From NCBI GenBank assembly GCA_944392795.1, contig CALXXX010000037.1, positions 601 through 64,600 of the forward strand: a stretch of 64,000 nt of DNA, in the 5' to 3' direction. The notes under the pieces were generated by a model. That model was not told the origin of the DNA and did not search any database. It saw only the letters and a list, made by a program, of their open reading frames with translations. The position numbers and the translations under genes are program-made. The stretch comes from an uncultured Alphaproteobacteria bacterium. GTDB taxonomy: Bacteria; Pseudomonadota; Alphaproteobacteria; CAAHEQ01; UBA3637. The number at the start of each line of letters is the position of its first letter. Positions within the stretch are counted from its first letter, which is position 1. Shown here piece by piece: positions 1 to 9,718 of the stretch.

Positions 1-588
1 ATCTGCTCCTTCTTTTAATTCAATGTAAACTTGTCTTTTATGTTTACCAGGACCATTCGGCAATGTTAAGGCAACAGCATTTTCAACACCTGGAATCGCT
101 TTTACAGCAGCCGTATGCCCCATGCTTCGTCCTCCTTTTCGTCCCCCAAAGGTCGTTGTTGTCATACCCAAAGGACAAGTCATACGCATTAAAACACGAA
201 CAGCTGAATCTGACCCAGGATCCCATCCGGCTCCAAAAATCGAAACGGCTTTAGAATCCTGAGCTATTTTTGTCAAAGCCTCCTTAGTTGCATAAATTTG
301 ATCATGAACATCAAAACTGTCGACACAAGAATACCCTTTTTCCAACAGTTCCTTAACCTTATCCGGAGCCTCTCGACTAGGAACAGTTACAATTGCGACA
401 TCAAATGGAGGAAGTTCATCTGTATCAGAAACAACAGAAATACCCTCTAGCTCAGGAACTGACTTTCCCATTGAGCTTAAACGACGCAGAACGCCAACCA
501 GCTCCATATCTGAGCTCTCTTCAATAGATCGTTTGACAAAGCGCCCAACATTTCCCCACCCAACAATAACTGCTTTAATTTTGTCCAT
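1..588 (-). CDS. Partial (3'-truncated by window edge) meso-diaminopimelate D-dehydrogenase-like NAD(P)-binding protein
   Basis: Minus-strand ATG at 588-586 lies just downstream of the glgA stop. My own translation, MDKIKAVIVGWGNVGRFVKRSIEESSDMELVGV..., matches the N-terminal Rossmann GxGxxG and the ...GAGWDPG... region of Ddh-family enzymes. The ORF runs off the window start. Confidence 0.5.
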   Translation of the reverse strand, partial: MDKIKAVIVGWGNVGRFVKRSIEESSDMELVGVLRRLSSMGKSVPELEGISVVSDTDELPPFDVAIVTVPSREAPDKVKELLEKGYSCVDSFDVHDQIYATKEALTKIAQDSKAVSIFGAGWDPGSDSAVRVLMRMTCPLGMTTTTFGGRKGGRSMGHTAAVKAIPGVENAVALTLPNGPGKHKRQVYIELKEGAD

Positions 589-590
589 CC

Positions 591-2066
591 CTATCTCCGT
601 ATTTGTTCATACAAATGCAAGTAAGCTTGTGCAGAACGTTTCCATGAAAAATCTTGCTGCATTGCTGTACGTATCATTGTATCCATATGTTCCGGTCGAT
701 CAAAATAAGTGGAATTAGCCCAACCAATCGTATTATAAAGCGCACTTGGCGTTGCATCATAAAATTTAAAGCCAGTTCCTGTTCCCTCTGCTTCATTATA
801 GTTAATTATCGTATCTGCAAGCCCTCCTGTTGACCTCGCCACCGGCAGAGTACCATAAAGCTGACTATACATCTGTTTTAATCCACACGGCTCATAGATA
901 GAAGGAATAATTGTAAAATCACTCCCCGCATCCATCATATGCTCTTTCTCTGCATCAAAACCAATATGAACAGATATTTGACCGTTATATTTCGCAGGTA
1001 AAGAAGCTAAATAATCCTGTGCCCATGTTTCTCCATTTCCCATAATAGCAAATTGGCATACCATATCATTTAAAACCCCTTCTATGCATTGGGTAAACAT
1101 ATGAATACCTTTTTGCTCTGTCAGTCGAACGACCATAGAAAATAAGGGACAATCATGTTGATGAAGCCCTAAAGACTCACGCAAAATGTGCTTATTACGA
1201 GCTTTTCCGTCTTTAAATGTTTTAACATTATATGGATAAGAAATGCGTGGATCTTTATCTGGATTCCACAAGTCCAGATCAATCCCATTTAAAATACCTG
1301 AAACATCATTTTTACGTTCTTGCAGAAGCCAATGTAGCCCTGCCCCACCCAAAGGAGTCATAATCTCTTGAGCATAATGTGGACTAACCGTCGTAATTTT
1401 ATCAGCAAATCGTATGCCACCTTTTAACAAATTCACGCGTCCGAAACTTTCAAAGGCGTTCATATTAAAATCTGCCCAATCTATTTTCGCATAAGGAACA
1501 ACATCTGCCCCATATACACCTTGATAAGGCAAGTTATGAATTGTTAAAACACTTTTTGTCTTCTCAAAAAACGGATCATGATCTTTTTTAAGATAATACG
1601 GTATTAAAGCCGTTTGCCAATCATGGACATGAACGATATCCGGTTGGAAATTTAAATCCTTTGCCAACTGTAAAGCGGCACGGCAAAAAAAAGCATACCG
1701 ATAAGCATTATCTTGATATTCCTGATGCGTATCACACGCATCATAAAGCCCATGTTGCGCATGCATGGGACGATCGAAATATTTATTAAATTCGATAAAA
1801 TAGGCATCGTAATGACATGGCGTTTCTGCATAATAAACACTAAACCACTCTTCACAATTACCCATTTTGACACAACAACCATCATACAACTTGCTTAAGT
1901 GAAACTTATTTCGATCTATGGCTGCATACAAGGGTAGAACAAGCTTAACTTCTGCCCCTTCTTTTTTTAGATACTTAGGAAGAGCCGCTACAACATCGCC
2001 TAATCCGCCCGTTTTAACAAAAGGTGTCGCTTCGCTGCCGACGAAGAGTATTTTATTTTTTTTCAT
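591..2066 (-). CDS. glgA: Glycogen synthase (ADP-glucose-type)
   Basis: N-terminal KTGGLGDV motif and a GT1/GT5 glycosyltransferase body of about 490 aa. ORF frame is 591..2090. I place the start at the second in-frame ATG (MKKNKILFVGSE...), which has GGAAGATAGGGGGA upstream and puts KTGGL at its usual position. Confidence 0.88.
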   Translation of the reverse strand: MKKNKILFVGSEATPFVKTGGLGDVVAALPKYLKKEGAEVKLVLPLYAAIDRNKFHLSKLYDGCCVKMGNCEEWFSVYYAETPCHYDAYFIEFNKYFDRPMHAQHGLYDACDTHQEYQDNAYRYAFFCRAALQLAKDLNFQPDIVHVHDWQTALIPYYLKKDHDPFFEKTKSVLTIHNLPYQGVYGADVVPYAKIDWADFNMNAFESFGRVNLLKGGIRFADKITTVSPHYAQEIMTPLGGAGLHWLLQERKNDVSGILNGIDLDLWNPDKDPRISYPYNVKTFKDGKARNKHILRESLGLHQHDCPLFSMVVRLTEQKGIHMFTQCIEGVLNDMVCQFAIMGNGETWAQDYLASLPAKYNGQISVHIGFDAEKEHMMDAGSDFTIIPSIYEPCGLKQMYSQLYGTLPVARSTGGLADTIINYNEAEGTGTGFKFYDATPSALYNTIGWANSTYFDRPEHMDTMIRTAMQQDFSWKRSAQAYLHLYEQIRR

Positions 2067-2217
2067 AAATCCCCCTATCTTCCTTTTCATATATTTACAT
2101 ATATATAAGACTTTTTTTTCTTTAACAAGTAGAAAAATTAACTTTTTTTTAATTTTTTTCTTGATTTTTAAGGCTTTCTTTGATAAAAGACCTATTCTTA
2201 TTTCAAAACAAGAAAAA

Positions 2218-3180
2218 TCAAGCTTCTTGCTCTAACAAATTTTCCAAAGTCATCAAGCTTTCGGGCAAACCTTCTCCATAACGGACCACATATCCTTCCT
2301 TAGATTGCCATTCCTTTTGCATTGTTTCGGCATTGATAATGTTTCCTTTAACAATGACGACGACAGGGATTATCTTAGACTCAGGCTCCTTTTGAGCCAA
2401 AGAAAAAGCAGCTTGTCCAACTTCAAAAAAAGGAGACGTTTCCATACCACTAGAAGAAAACCAAGTCGGCTTATCGCTCCCTTCAGAAATTGTCTCATCT
2501 GCAATCCATTCCTTATCTGAAAGAAGTATTTTCAAGAGTAAGGCTTTCGTATCCGTTGCCAAAACCAAAGGGATCAAAAAATCATCTAACTGAACATTTC
2601 TAAAAAGTTCAAATCCAAAACGTTCACCTAACTCCTTAATAGAGACGATGAACTCTGGCGATAACTCAGCATTCGGTTGCGGAATAACCGGAGAAGAAAT
2701 TGTCTCCTTAGACTTATCCTGTTCTCTCTCTCCAGATACCGGAGCAGATATTTTCCCACTTAAAAAAGTTCCAACAGCTAACGCTGGTGGACGAATTAGC
2801 TCTTTTTTCTTCAGTGGAATTTTTTGTTTTATTTCTATTTTTTGTCGATACATAAAATGAAATGGAAATTTTAATTTTTTACTCCATTTAATTTTTAATA
2901 CCCAAAACCACCCCAAGGCCCAAACAGGAATAAATAATAAAAAGCATAAAAGAAGAAGAAAATCTGAAAAAGTATCAATAATCCATTGATCATACATAAA
3001 AGCAAAATAAAGCGTTCCCCAATCTTCAAAAGGATTAAGAATATGCACTCCACCTGTCGAAGAATGATAAAAAAGAGGTCCAAATGGGGTATAACCGAAA
3101 ACAAAATCAATCATATACCCAACAACAGGCATATAAATTAAAGTCCAAATAACACCAATTCCAAATGTTCTTGCTTTCAT
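2218..3180 (-). CDS. Hypothetical membrane protein (N-terminal TM helices plus soluble C-terminal domain)
   Basis: 320-aa ORF with two hydrophobic segments in the first 100 aa and a charged C-terminal half. No family recognised. Confidence 0.45.
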   Translation of the reverse strand: MKARTFGIGVIWTLIYMPVVGYMIDFVFGYTPFGPLFYHSSTGGVHILNPFEDWGTLYFAFMYDQWIIDTFSDFLLLLCFLLFIPVWALGWFWVLKIKWSKKLKFPFHFMYRQKIEIKQKIPLKKKELIRPPALAVGTFLSGKISAPVSGEREQDKSKETISSPVIPQPNAELSPEFIVSIKELGERFGFELFRNVQLDDFLIPLVLATDTKALLLKILLSDKEWIADETISEGSDKPTWFSSSGMETSPFFEVGQAAFSLAQKEPESKIIPVVVIVKGNIINAETMQKEWQSKEGYVVRYGEGLPESLMTLENLLEQEA

Positions 3181-3233
3181 TCTTTTCTCCTTTATTGGTC
3201 AGCATAACAAGAGATAAAAGAAAAAACAACCTT

Positions 3234-3267
3234 TAAAAAAAGGAGGATCAATTGATCCTCCTTTTTT
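3234..3267 (-). terminator. Rho-independent terminator (bidirectional hairpin) downstream of the 619-aa gene
   Basis: Perfect palindrome AGGAGGATCAATTGATCCTCCT flanked by an A-run on one side and a T-run on the other, overlapping the stop at 3266-3268. Confidence 0.55.
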
Positions 3268-5125
3268 AACGCGTTTGTTGAAGCGACAAATTTGACACAT
3301 TTTGTTGACCGGGAATTGTAATCTGCATATTTCGAGCTGCTTGAATTCCTTCTCGATTCAATTGCAGCTCTTGTGCCTTCCCAGCCAATGCCTGAGCTTG
3401 AATTAAAAATTGATTAGCCTCTTTTTTAAAGGTTTCTTGATTCCCCAGAGAAGCATTAAAATTTTGAGCTTCTTTTAAGGTCATCTTCAAACGTGACGGT
3501 GCACTAACAGCACCAATATTCCCAACTTTTTCCGAAGAAACAGATAACCCTTCTGTTGATTTTATTTTAGTCGCAGTATCCATCGTTGGAGCTGTTGGCA
3601 CTTGTGGTACAGAAGCTGGTGGAGTAGACGTAGGACCAACACTTGTATTTAAGTGAGTTGTTTCAGGAGTTGCAGGCGCGACTTTATAATTTCCCGTATC
3701 CATAGAGAACGTTGGCTTTACTTCTTCGGGTAACGGAGCTTGTTGCGGAGAAGAAGCTTGTGTATCAATTACTTCATTAGGCATGCGATTCAGTAAACCT
3801 ACCCGATCTTTCAACTCCTGTTTAAACATTGTTCGACCAAAGGTATTAAGGTGATTCCTCTGTAAAATACGAGTCTGCAACTCTTCCATACCTGCTTTTG
3901 TTAAATTACCTTCCTTATCACGGGACAGATTTTCCAACAAACCAGGATCTTCTTTACGAATATTATCGGCTACTTTTTGCATATCATTGCCAGCTTTCAA
4001 AAAATCACTGTATAAAGCTACAACAGCATCACGAGAGGACATTCCTTTCATTGCAAGAATCGTTGCATCAGCTTCTTTTGCTTTCTCCAGCTTATATTTT
4101 GCCAAAGCTTCTCGATTCGCCGCACTTAATTCTAACTGACGCGCCAGAGCTGTTGGACCATAAGCTAAAAGAGCAACGATTAAAGCCATTGCAGCTTCTT
4201 CTGGACTATGTGCATTCAAAACTTGTTCTAAGACACCGATGACTGTTCCTTGTCGATACTCTTTATTAACTTTAGCTTTAATACTTTGTGGTAATATATA
4301 TCCCTTTTCAAAATCGATTTCTTCCGGCTTTTTATTAACCACCTGAGGAATATCAGAACTCGTCTCTTTTTCTTCAATAGGCGCTGGAGGCGGCGGTTCC
4401 ACCGTTTGCTCCATTTGTTGTTTAGAAGAAGGTATTGCTTCAGCTGCTTGTTCTGGTTGTTTATTTTCTGGTTCTGGTTGTTTATTTTCTGACTGTTGCG
4501 CTTCTTGTAATTGCTGCACATAAGCTTCTGCTTCTTCACGTAAACCAGGCAAAGCTTCATTAGCAATAGCATTACGATAATGACGTAATTTGTTAAATCG
4601 TTCAGCAGCCTCATGACGTGCTTGTTGCACTTCCGGCATTTTTTTGACTTGTCGAAGCTGTTCTTCATTAAGCGACAGAACACCTAACTCATCACGCAAA
4701 TGACGCCTATTTTCTTCAAAAACAGCCTTAACATTGTTCTTACTTGAAATACAGCTCAATGATAAACGTGGCATTTCATGCTGCATTTGACGCGTCTCTT
4801 CAGTCGTGACCGTAGCGAATTCAGGATGTTTTATGATTTGCCGCCAAGCATCCTGATATTTATCAAGAGGTGTTTGTTTCTTGCCGACACTAATATCGAC
4901 CGTCGGCTGTCCTTTTTCCAAATAAGAATCATCATTCTGAAAAAGCTTTTTAAAATAATCTCTAGCCATTTGAAAAGGTCTACTGGCATATTTCTCTTGT
5001 TGCTCTGCCGCTTTAGCTTCTTGTTGCTTTAATTGTGTTGCTTCAGAAACGCTATCATCAAAGCCTCCTTTAATTTCTCGATAGGCTTGAGCATTGTAAT
5101 CTTTCGTATAATTGTTTTGCGGCAT
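3266..5125 (-). CDS. Hypothetical hydrophilic protein, 619 aa, coiled-coil and Pro/Thr/Gln-rich, no signal peptide; candidate secreted effector
   Basis: Long ORF with charged low-complexity segments and a tandem EPENKQP EPENKQP repeat (21-nt DNA repeat at 4453-4494). No catalytic motif recognised. Sits next to the T4SS loci. Confidence 0.5.
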   Translation of the reverse strand: MPQNNYTKDYNAQAYREIKGGFDDSVSEATQLKQQEAKAAEQQEKYASRPFQMARDYFKKLFQNDDSYLEKGQPTVDISVGKKQTPLDKYQDAWRQIIKHPEFATVTTEETRQMQHEMPRLSLSCISSKNNVKAVFEENRRHLRDELGVLSLNEEQLRQVKKMPEVQQARHEAAERFNKLRHYRNAIANEALPGLREEAEAYVQQLQEAQQSENKQPEPENKQPEQAAEAIPSSKQQMEQTVEPPPPAPIEEKETSSDIPQVVNKKPEEIDFEKGYILPQSIKAKVNKEYRQGTVIGVLEQVLNAHSPEEAAMALIVALLAYGPTALARQLELSAANREALAKYKLEKAKEADATILAMKGMSSRDAVVALYSDFLKAGNDMQKVADNIRKEDPGLLENLSRDKEGNLTKAGMEELQTRILQRNHLNTFGRTMFKQELKDRVGLLNRMPNEVIDTQASSPQQAPLPEEVKPTFSMDTGNYKVAPATPETTHLNTSVGPTSTPPASVPQVPTAPTMDTATKIKSTEGLSVSSEKVGNIGAVSAPSRLKMTLKEAQNFNASLGNQETFKKEANQFLIQAQALAGKAQELQLNREGIQAARNMQITIPGQQNVSNLSLQQTR

Positions 5126-5195
5126 GATTAACTCCTTTTTTCTCTTATTTTTTAGTGTAGCACAGAGTTTTTATTTTGTCTAGTATTTTGTTAAA

Positions 5196-5843
5196 TTATG
5201 CTTTGAGTTTCCTTAAAAAGGCACCCATTTTTTTATTAAGCTCTATAGCTTCTTTCGGGGCCATTAACCTTTTTCCTTCCGGCGTGATAACCTCTAACGG
5301 AGCAAAAGCAGCGGGATTGGTGATTAACACATTCCATGCTTCCGTTGCATTCTTCTCGGCCATATTCAAATAATTTCGAATAAGCTTTTGTCCGTCTACT
5401 GGAAACTTCTCTGCCTTTAAAGCTGCCGCGAAAGAATTAATAATTTCTTTCTTCGAAGCACGGTACAAATTGATCCTTTTTAATAAGTCTTCACCTTCTT
5501 GACGCACTCTACGATTTTCTTCAATCAAAGCTTCTTCTTCTTTTTCCTGGCATAAATCAATGTATTCTAAAAGCAGTCGACGCCAAAAATCATCTTTTTG
5601 ATAGTACTTATTTAAAGAAACAAGCATTTGACTGACTGTAAAGCTTGTTCCACGAAGTCCCATCAAATAACCTACCATTTGCGCAGTTTCCGTCGCTATA
5701 GTCGGCATAAACGATATACGCATTTTATCATCCAATGCTTCTGGATTCACTGTCAAAGCTGGCGAACCTTTTAATAAGTCTTTATATTTATAAAACTGAC
5801 AGTAAATTTGAAAAATTTTTTGATCTGTAGTTTGTTGGGACAC
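5196..5843 (-). CDS. Hypothetical protein, 215 aa
   Basis: Clean ORF, divergent from the VirB6-like array. No recognisable family. Confidence 0.45.
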   Translation of the reverse strand: MSQQTTDQKIFQIYCQFYKYKDLLKGSPALTVNPEALDDKMRISFMPTIATETAQMVGYLMGLRGTSFTVSQMLVSLNKYYQKDDFWRRLLLEYIDLCQEKEEEALIEENRRVRQEGEDLLKRINLYRASKKEIINSFAAALKAEKFPVDGQKLIRNYLNMAEKNATEAWNVLITNPAAFAPLEVITPEGKRLMAPKEAIELNKKMGAFLRKLKA

Positions 5844-5953
5844 ATGAACCTCCTTTAAAAATACAAAAACTATTAAAATAATAATAGACGAATGTTTTTT
5901 TTAAGTCTATACTATTTCAAAAATAATTTTAAAAGTTTTTACAAGAGGTCTAA

Positions 5954-7396
5954 ATGATGAGTAAACACTGTTCGCCTTTTTGGATTTTTGCTTTCTTTAC
6001 ATTCTTCCTTTTATCTTCAGTTCCAACCCAAGCTCAAATTTGTTTGTTTGACTGTGATGAAATTACAACTGCACAGGCTCAAGAAATTGCAAAGGAAAAT
6101 GATTGGCGAACAACTTATCAAAATTATATTAAGGATGCCCATTGTACAAATTGTTACAACAATGCAATGAAGATTCAGTATCAAGCGAGATTACAAGAAA
6201 ACCAACGAGCCGAAAATTGTAAAAACAACTGCCAAGGAACTGAAGAAGAAATCAGAACCTGCCAAGAGGTCTGCGATCAAGAACAACGTATTTCTGAAGA
6301 AAACCATCGACAATTATTACAAGAAACTCAAAGAGTCGTAGAAAATGTAGCAGCTGTTAATGAAGCAAATTGTGCAGGTTTGAATGCAATGTATGAAGAG
6401 GTGTCAGCGCGTATGACGGCTTTTGCGGCCTTCAACTGGGCAGCTGCTTTTAGCAGTCAATCAACGGTCGGAGTACCCTTGTTTTCCAAAATTTTAAACA
6501 GCTATAATCAAGATGGTTCCTATGGATGTTGGTTTTGCCCATTATTTGATGTAACTTTCGATATTGTTAACGATCTAGCAACCAACTTTTACGAACAAAT
6601 GAGGACGATATTCCTTAGTGCTTTAATGGTTGGCGGCGTTGCTTGGCTTTGTTGGATTGTATTGCAGTTCTTTTTAGTTGTCCACGGCGCCAACGTTGGT
6701 GAGTTTATGACAACACTTTTAAAAGCATTCTTCAGACTGATGTTTGGAGCGGCTTTATTATGGGCTCCCTCTTATGAAGTATTTGATTTTATTCTTTCTC
6801 CCGTTGTTTCCTTTGCTTCAGGTCTCAGCACAGAGCTTATGGGTACGGCAGGTTTCATAACACCGACAGTCACAACTGTAACAGATATTTATGATAATGG
6901 ATGTGCTGATACAACAGTCTCAACACAACAGAACCAAATGAATTTATGCAGCACGACAGATCCAAATGATAGCCGTTTTGTTTCTAATGGACAACCTAAA
7001 GCTTTATCATCCACAGTTTATGATGGCCTTTCTTGCGTCATAAAAACAGCTAGTTTAAATTTTGTCCTAGGATTAGCTATTGGAGCAACATTCCTGGTCC
7101 ATTCTTTGACAGCAGGTCCTTTAGGATTGCCTCATCTTGGCATGCTGTTAATAGCCCTTTTACAAATTATCGGATATTTAATTTTGTTTATTGTTGTTCC
7201 GTTTAAATTCATTGACATCTTGGTTCGTCTCGGCTTTGTTGCTATTTTATTACCCCTTTATATTCTATTGGCCGTTTTCCCCGCAACAATAGGTTATACA
7301 AAAAAAGCTTGGGATTTACTGATTTCCTGTTTATTTAGTTTAATTGTGTTAAGTATTCTGATTGTTATTTGCCTACGGTTAATCGCAGGAGTATAA
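5954..7396 (+). CDS. VirB6/TrbL-like polytopic inner-membrane protein (paralog 1) with Cys-rich N-terminal periplasmic domain
   Basis: Signal peptide (…SSVPTQAQI), a Cys-rich 150-aa N-domain, then multiple TM helices. Shares the conserved blocks GCWFCPLFD and FKFIDILVRLGFVAILLPLYILLAVFPATIGYTKKAWDLLIS with the two downstream paralogs. AAGAGG RBS upstream. Confidence 0.55.
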   Translation: MMSKHCSPFWIFAFFTFFLLSSVPTQAQICLFDCDEITTAQAQEIAKENDWRTTYQNYIKDAHCTNCYNNAMKIQYQARLQENQRAENCKNNCQGTEEEIRTCQEVCDQEQRISEENHRQLLQETQRVVENVAAVNEANCAGLNAMYEEVSARMTAFAAFNWAAAFSSQSTVGVPLFSKILNSYNQDGSYGCWFCPLFDVTFDIVNDLATNFYEQMRTIFLSALMVGGVAWLCWIVLQFFLVVHGANVGEFMTTLLKAFFRLMFGAALLWAPSYEVFDFILSPVVSFASGLSTELMGTAGFITPTVTTVTDIYDNGCADTTVSTQQNQMNLCSTTDPNDSRFVSNGQPKALSSTVYDGLSCVIKTASLNFVLGLAIGATFLVHSLTAGPLGLPHLGMLLIALLQIIGYLILFIVVPFKFIDILVRLGFVAILLPLYILLAVFPATIGYTKKAWDLLISCLFSLIVLSILIVICLRLIAGV

Positions 7397-7399
7397 GAG

Positions 7400-8452
7400 G
7401 TGAAAATTATGTTCAAAAATAAAATTAAAGTCTTTACTTTAACGCTCTCTATTTTTTTGATATCAATAGCTCCTGTTTTTGCACAAAGCACACAATCTCA
7501 GACAGCTTCAAATAATCGATTGCAACAAATTCTTAACTTTTTAATGGCCGATCGCGTAAAAGAAGCTGCTGATTTAATGAATTTTACAACTTCATCTATT
7601 TTTATCACTGTCGGAGGACTGATTATTAGTATCGCCCTTCTGTTTATGTCCTCTTCTATCGGCGAATCTTTAGGTGCTGCACCGACGAGTGGAGGCAGCA
7701 AAACCGGCTTTATGTTAGGAGCTGCCGCAGGTGGAGCCATCTTAAAAGGTGGTTCAAAATTAAGTGGAGCAACCTCCGACTGGTTTAAAAGTCGAAAAAA
7801 TAATACGGGAACGAGTACTACGGCAGGAGGAAAAGGTTCTGTCGGTGGACAATCAAGTAAAGGGGCCGGAGCTCCGAATCAATATAAATCTAATTCAAAC
7901 ACTGGAGCAGAAGGAAATAATCAAGGAGGAAGTGGAGGAACAGATACCGCTACTGCGAACACAGGCAATTTTTCTGTTAATCCGCAAGCCTCTTCGGATT
8001 CTAATTTTTCTGTTACAAATGCTCAAATTTCCGGTCTTTCATCACAGAACAAATCAAATATAGGCTCAACCCCTGGAACAAACAAGAATTCATCATCCCC
8101 TGCGACAACAGAGGCACAAAAGACTTCTCCAGCTTCTGCAGATAGTGCAATGAATTCAGCATCGACAAATACAGGAGACAGCAATAAAACAGAAGGACAA
8201 AATACATCAAATACCTCTTCAACAATTCAATCATCCCCTGTCTCATCCATGCCAAAACCAAGCAGCATGTCTGCTCCAAAAGGAATCGATGCACCAACAT
8301 CTATGGCGGCTCCTAGTGGAATGGCGGCTCCTAGTGGAATGGCAGCCCCTGCCGGAATGGCGGCTCCTTCCAGCCCTCGTTCCTCAGAAGAGATTTCTTC
8401 TAAAATAAAAGAAACTGCTCAAAAAGAAACAGGAGAAATTACAGGGAAATAA
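7400..8452 (+). CDS. Secreted or membrane-anchored Gly/Ser/Thr/Ala-rich protein, 350 aa (possible pilin-like N-terminus plus low-complexity tail)
   Basis: Signal peptide ending VFAQ, one hydrophobic helix (SIFITVGGLIISIALLFMSS), then about 250 aa of G/S/T/N low complexity ending in tandem MAAPSGMAAPSGMAAPAGMAAPS repeats (DNA repeat 8297-8370). It starts 4 nt after the upstream VirB6-like stop. Confidence 0.45.
   Translation: MKIMFKNKIKVFTLTLSIFLISIAPVFAQSTQSQTASNNRLQQILNFLMADRVKEAADLMNFTTSSIFITVGGLIISIALLFMSSSIGESLGAAPTSGGSKTGFMLGAAAGGAILKGGSKLSGATSDWFKSRKNNTGTSTTAGGKGSVGGQSSKGAGAPNQYKSNSNTGAEGNNQGGSGGTDTATANTGNFSVNPQASSDSNFSVTNAQISGLSSQNKSNIGSTPGTNKNSSSPATTEAQKTSPASADSAMNSASTNTGDSNKTEGQNTSNTSSTIQSSPVSSMPKPSSMSAPKGIDAPTSMAAPSGMAAPSGMAAPAGMAAPSSPRSSEEISSKIKETAQKETGEITGK
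8297..8370 (+). repeat. Tandem 21-nt direct repeats (about 3.5 copies) encoding MAAPSG units
   Basis: aatggcggctcctagtgg aatggcggctcctagtgg aatggcagcccctgccgg aatggcggctcc seen directly. Confidence 0.6.
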
Positions 8453-8459
8453 GCCACAA

Positions 8460-9716
8460 ATGAAAAAGGTTTTTTCATATCTAAAAAATAAACCTTTCTG
8501 CCTCTTGATAATGGCGGCTGTCTTATTTTTATCCTCTTGCGGCATGGATGTTGAAGTTGATATCGTCAAAGCTCAGGAGGATATGAATTCGACAAAAAGC
8601 TGTTGGACTTGTCAATTGTTTACTATTGTTTTCAACACAGGAGCATCTATTGCTACAAATGCTTTTGATAGTATAAAAAATTTAGCTTGGGGACTTTTAG
8701 CGGTTGGATTAGTCATCTATCTTTGTCTACGAACACTTTCTTTATTCTTAAGCATGCGGCTTCCTGATCTGCCGAATTATTGGATTTCTATCACAACCAA
8801 GCTAGGAAAAGGAGGCCTTGTTTCCATTTTTTTATTAAGTTCCAGTCATATGTGGGAACTGATTAATACAATTATAGCACCGATTATTACGGTTTTTGTT
8901 CGTCTCTCATTTATGATTTTAAATTTAAATTTTCCAACTCGTGTTGCTACATCAACAACGGTTGGCTCTACTTTTATAAGCGGACCAGGCTTACCTGCTG
9001 AGATCGGAGCACAATTAGAAGATTTGGTCTATCGTTCAACTGTTGCCTTAAATATTGGACGAGCTTTAGGCCTTCGAATGATGATGCTTTCTGATTTTAC
9101 CGGCTTCATTATCGGTTTAATCATTATTGGAATTTTCTTTATGCTTTTACTTTTCTTCCCAATGTATTTAATTGATGCATTGGTGCGAATTATATTTGTT
9201 ATTATCCTTTTTCCTATCTTATTGGTCGCTTGGGTTTTCTCGGTCACAGAAAAATACTTTAAAACAGCTTGGAACATGCTGATCGGCGGATTAGCTCAAT
9301 TATTTATTTCCTGTGTTTTTATTGCTTTACTTGTCTCGACAATAGAAGCCTTTACTCAAATGCGTGGTTATAACATTATTCTTAATCCAACCTATCAAAA
9401 CACGAACCCTGATGTTTTACGTGAAATGTCCCGAATGTCCATCTCGGCCTTATCCTTTATCGTGATGGCTTTCTATTTATATAACTTATCAAAGCACCTA
9501 ACTGAAATTTCAGGCTTTTTAACAAACTCATCTCAAACTTCCATGGTCGGGGATTTTACCCGTCGGCTCAAACAATTAGCAATTGCTGCTGTTGCAGCAA
9601 CTATAGCTATTGTTGCCGCTTCTGTCGGTGCTGCACCAGTAACGGCTGTTATGAAAAAGAAAGCTTTGGATGAAGCGCAAAAAGCAGCTAAAAGTGATAA
9701 AAATAGCGGAGGGTAA
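8460..9716 (+). CDS. VirB6/TrbL-like membrane protein (paralog 2), lipoprotein-type signal
   Basis: N-terminal LFLSSCG lipobox-like signal, then polytopic. Conserved CWTCQLF and LIDALVRIIFVIILFPILLVAWVFSVTEKYFKTAWNMLIGG blocks shared with paralogs 1 and 3. Confidence 0.55.
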   Translation: MKKVFSYLKNKPFCLLIMAAVLFLSSCGMDVEVDIVKAQEDMNSTKSCWTCQLFTIVFNTGASIATNAFDSIKNLAWGLLAVGLVIYLCLRTLSLFLSMRLPDLPNYWISITTKLGKGGLVSIFLLSSSHMWELINTIIAPIITVFVRLSFMILNLNFPTRVATSTTVGSTFISGPGLPAEIGAQLEDLVYRSTVALNIGRALGLRMMMLSDFTGFIIGLIIIGIFFMLLLFFPMYLIDALVRIIFVIILFPILLVAWVFSVTEKYFKTAWNMLIGGLAQLFISCVFIALLVSTIEAFTQMRGYNIILNPTYQNTNPDVLREMSRMSISALSFIVMAFYLYNLSKHLTEISGFLTNSSQTSMVGDFTRRLKQLAIAAVAATIAIVAASVGAAPVTAVMKKKALDEAQKAAKSDKNSGG

Positions 9717-9718
9717 AA

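Noticed and set aside
1652-2235. Small ORFs 1652-1885(-), 1713-1898(+), 1918-2235(+)
   Set aside because: They lie within or antisense to glgA and the AT-rich glgA upstream region. They have low-complexity translations and no supporting context.
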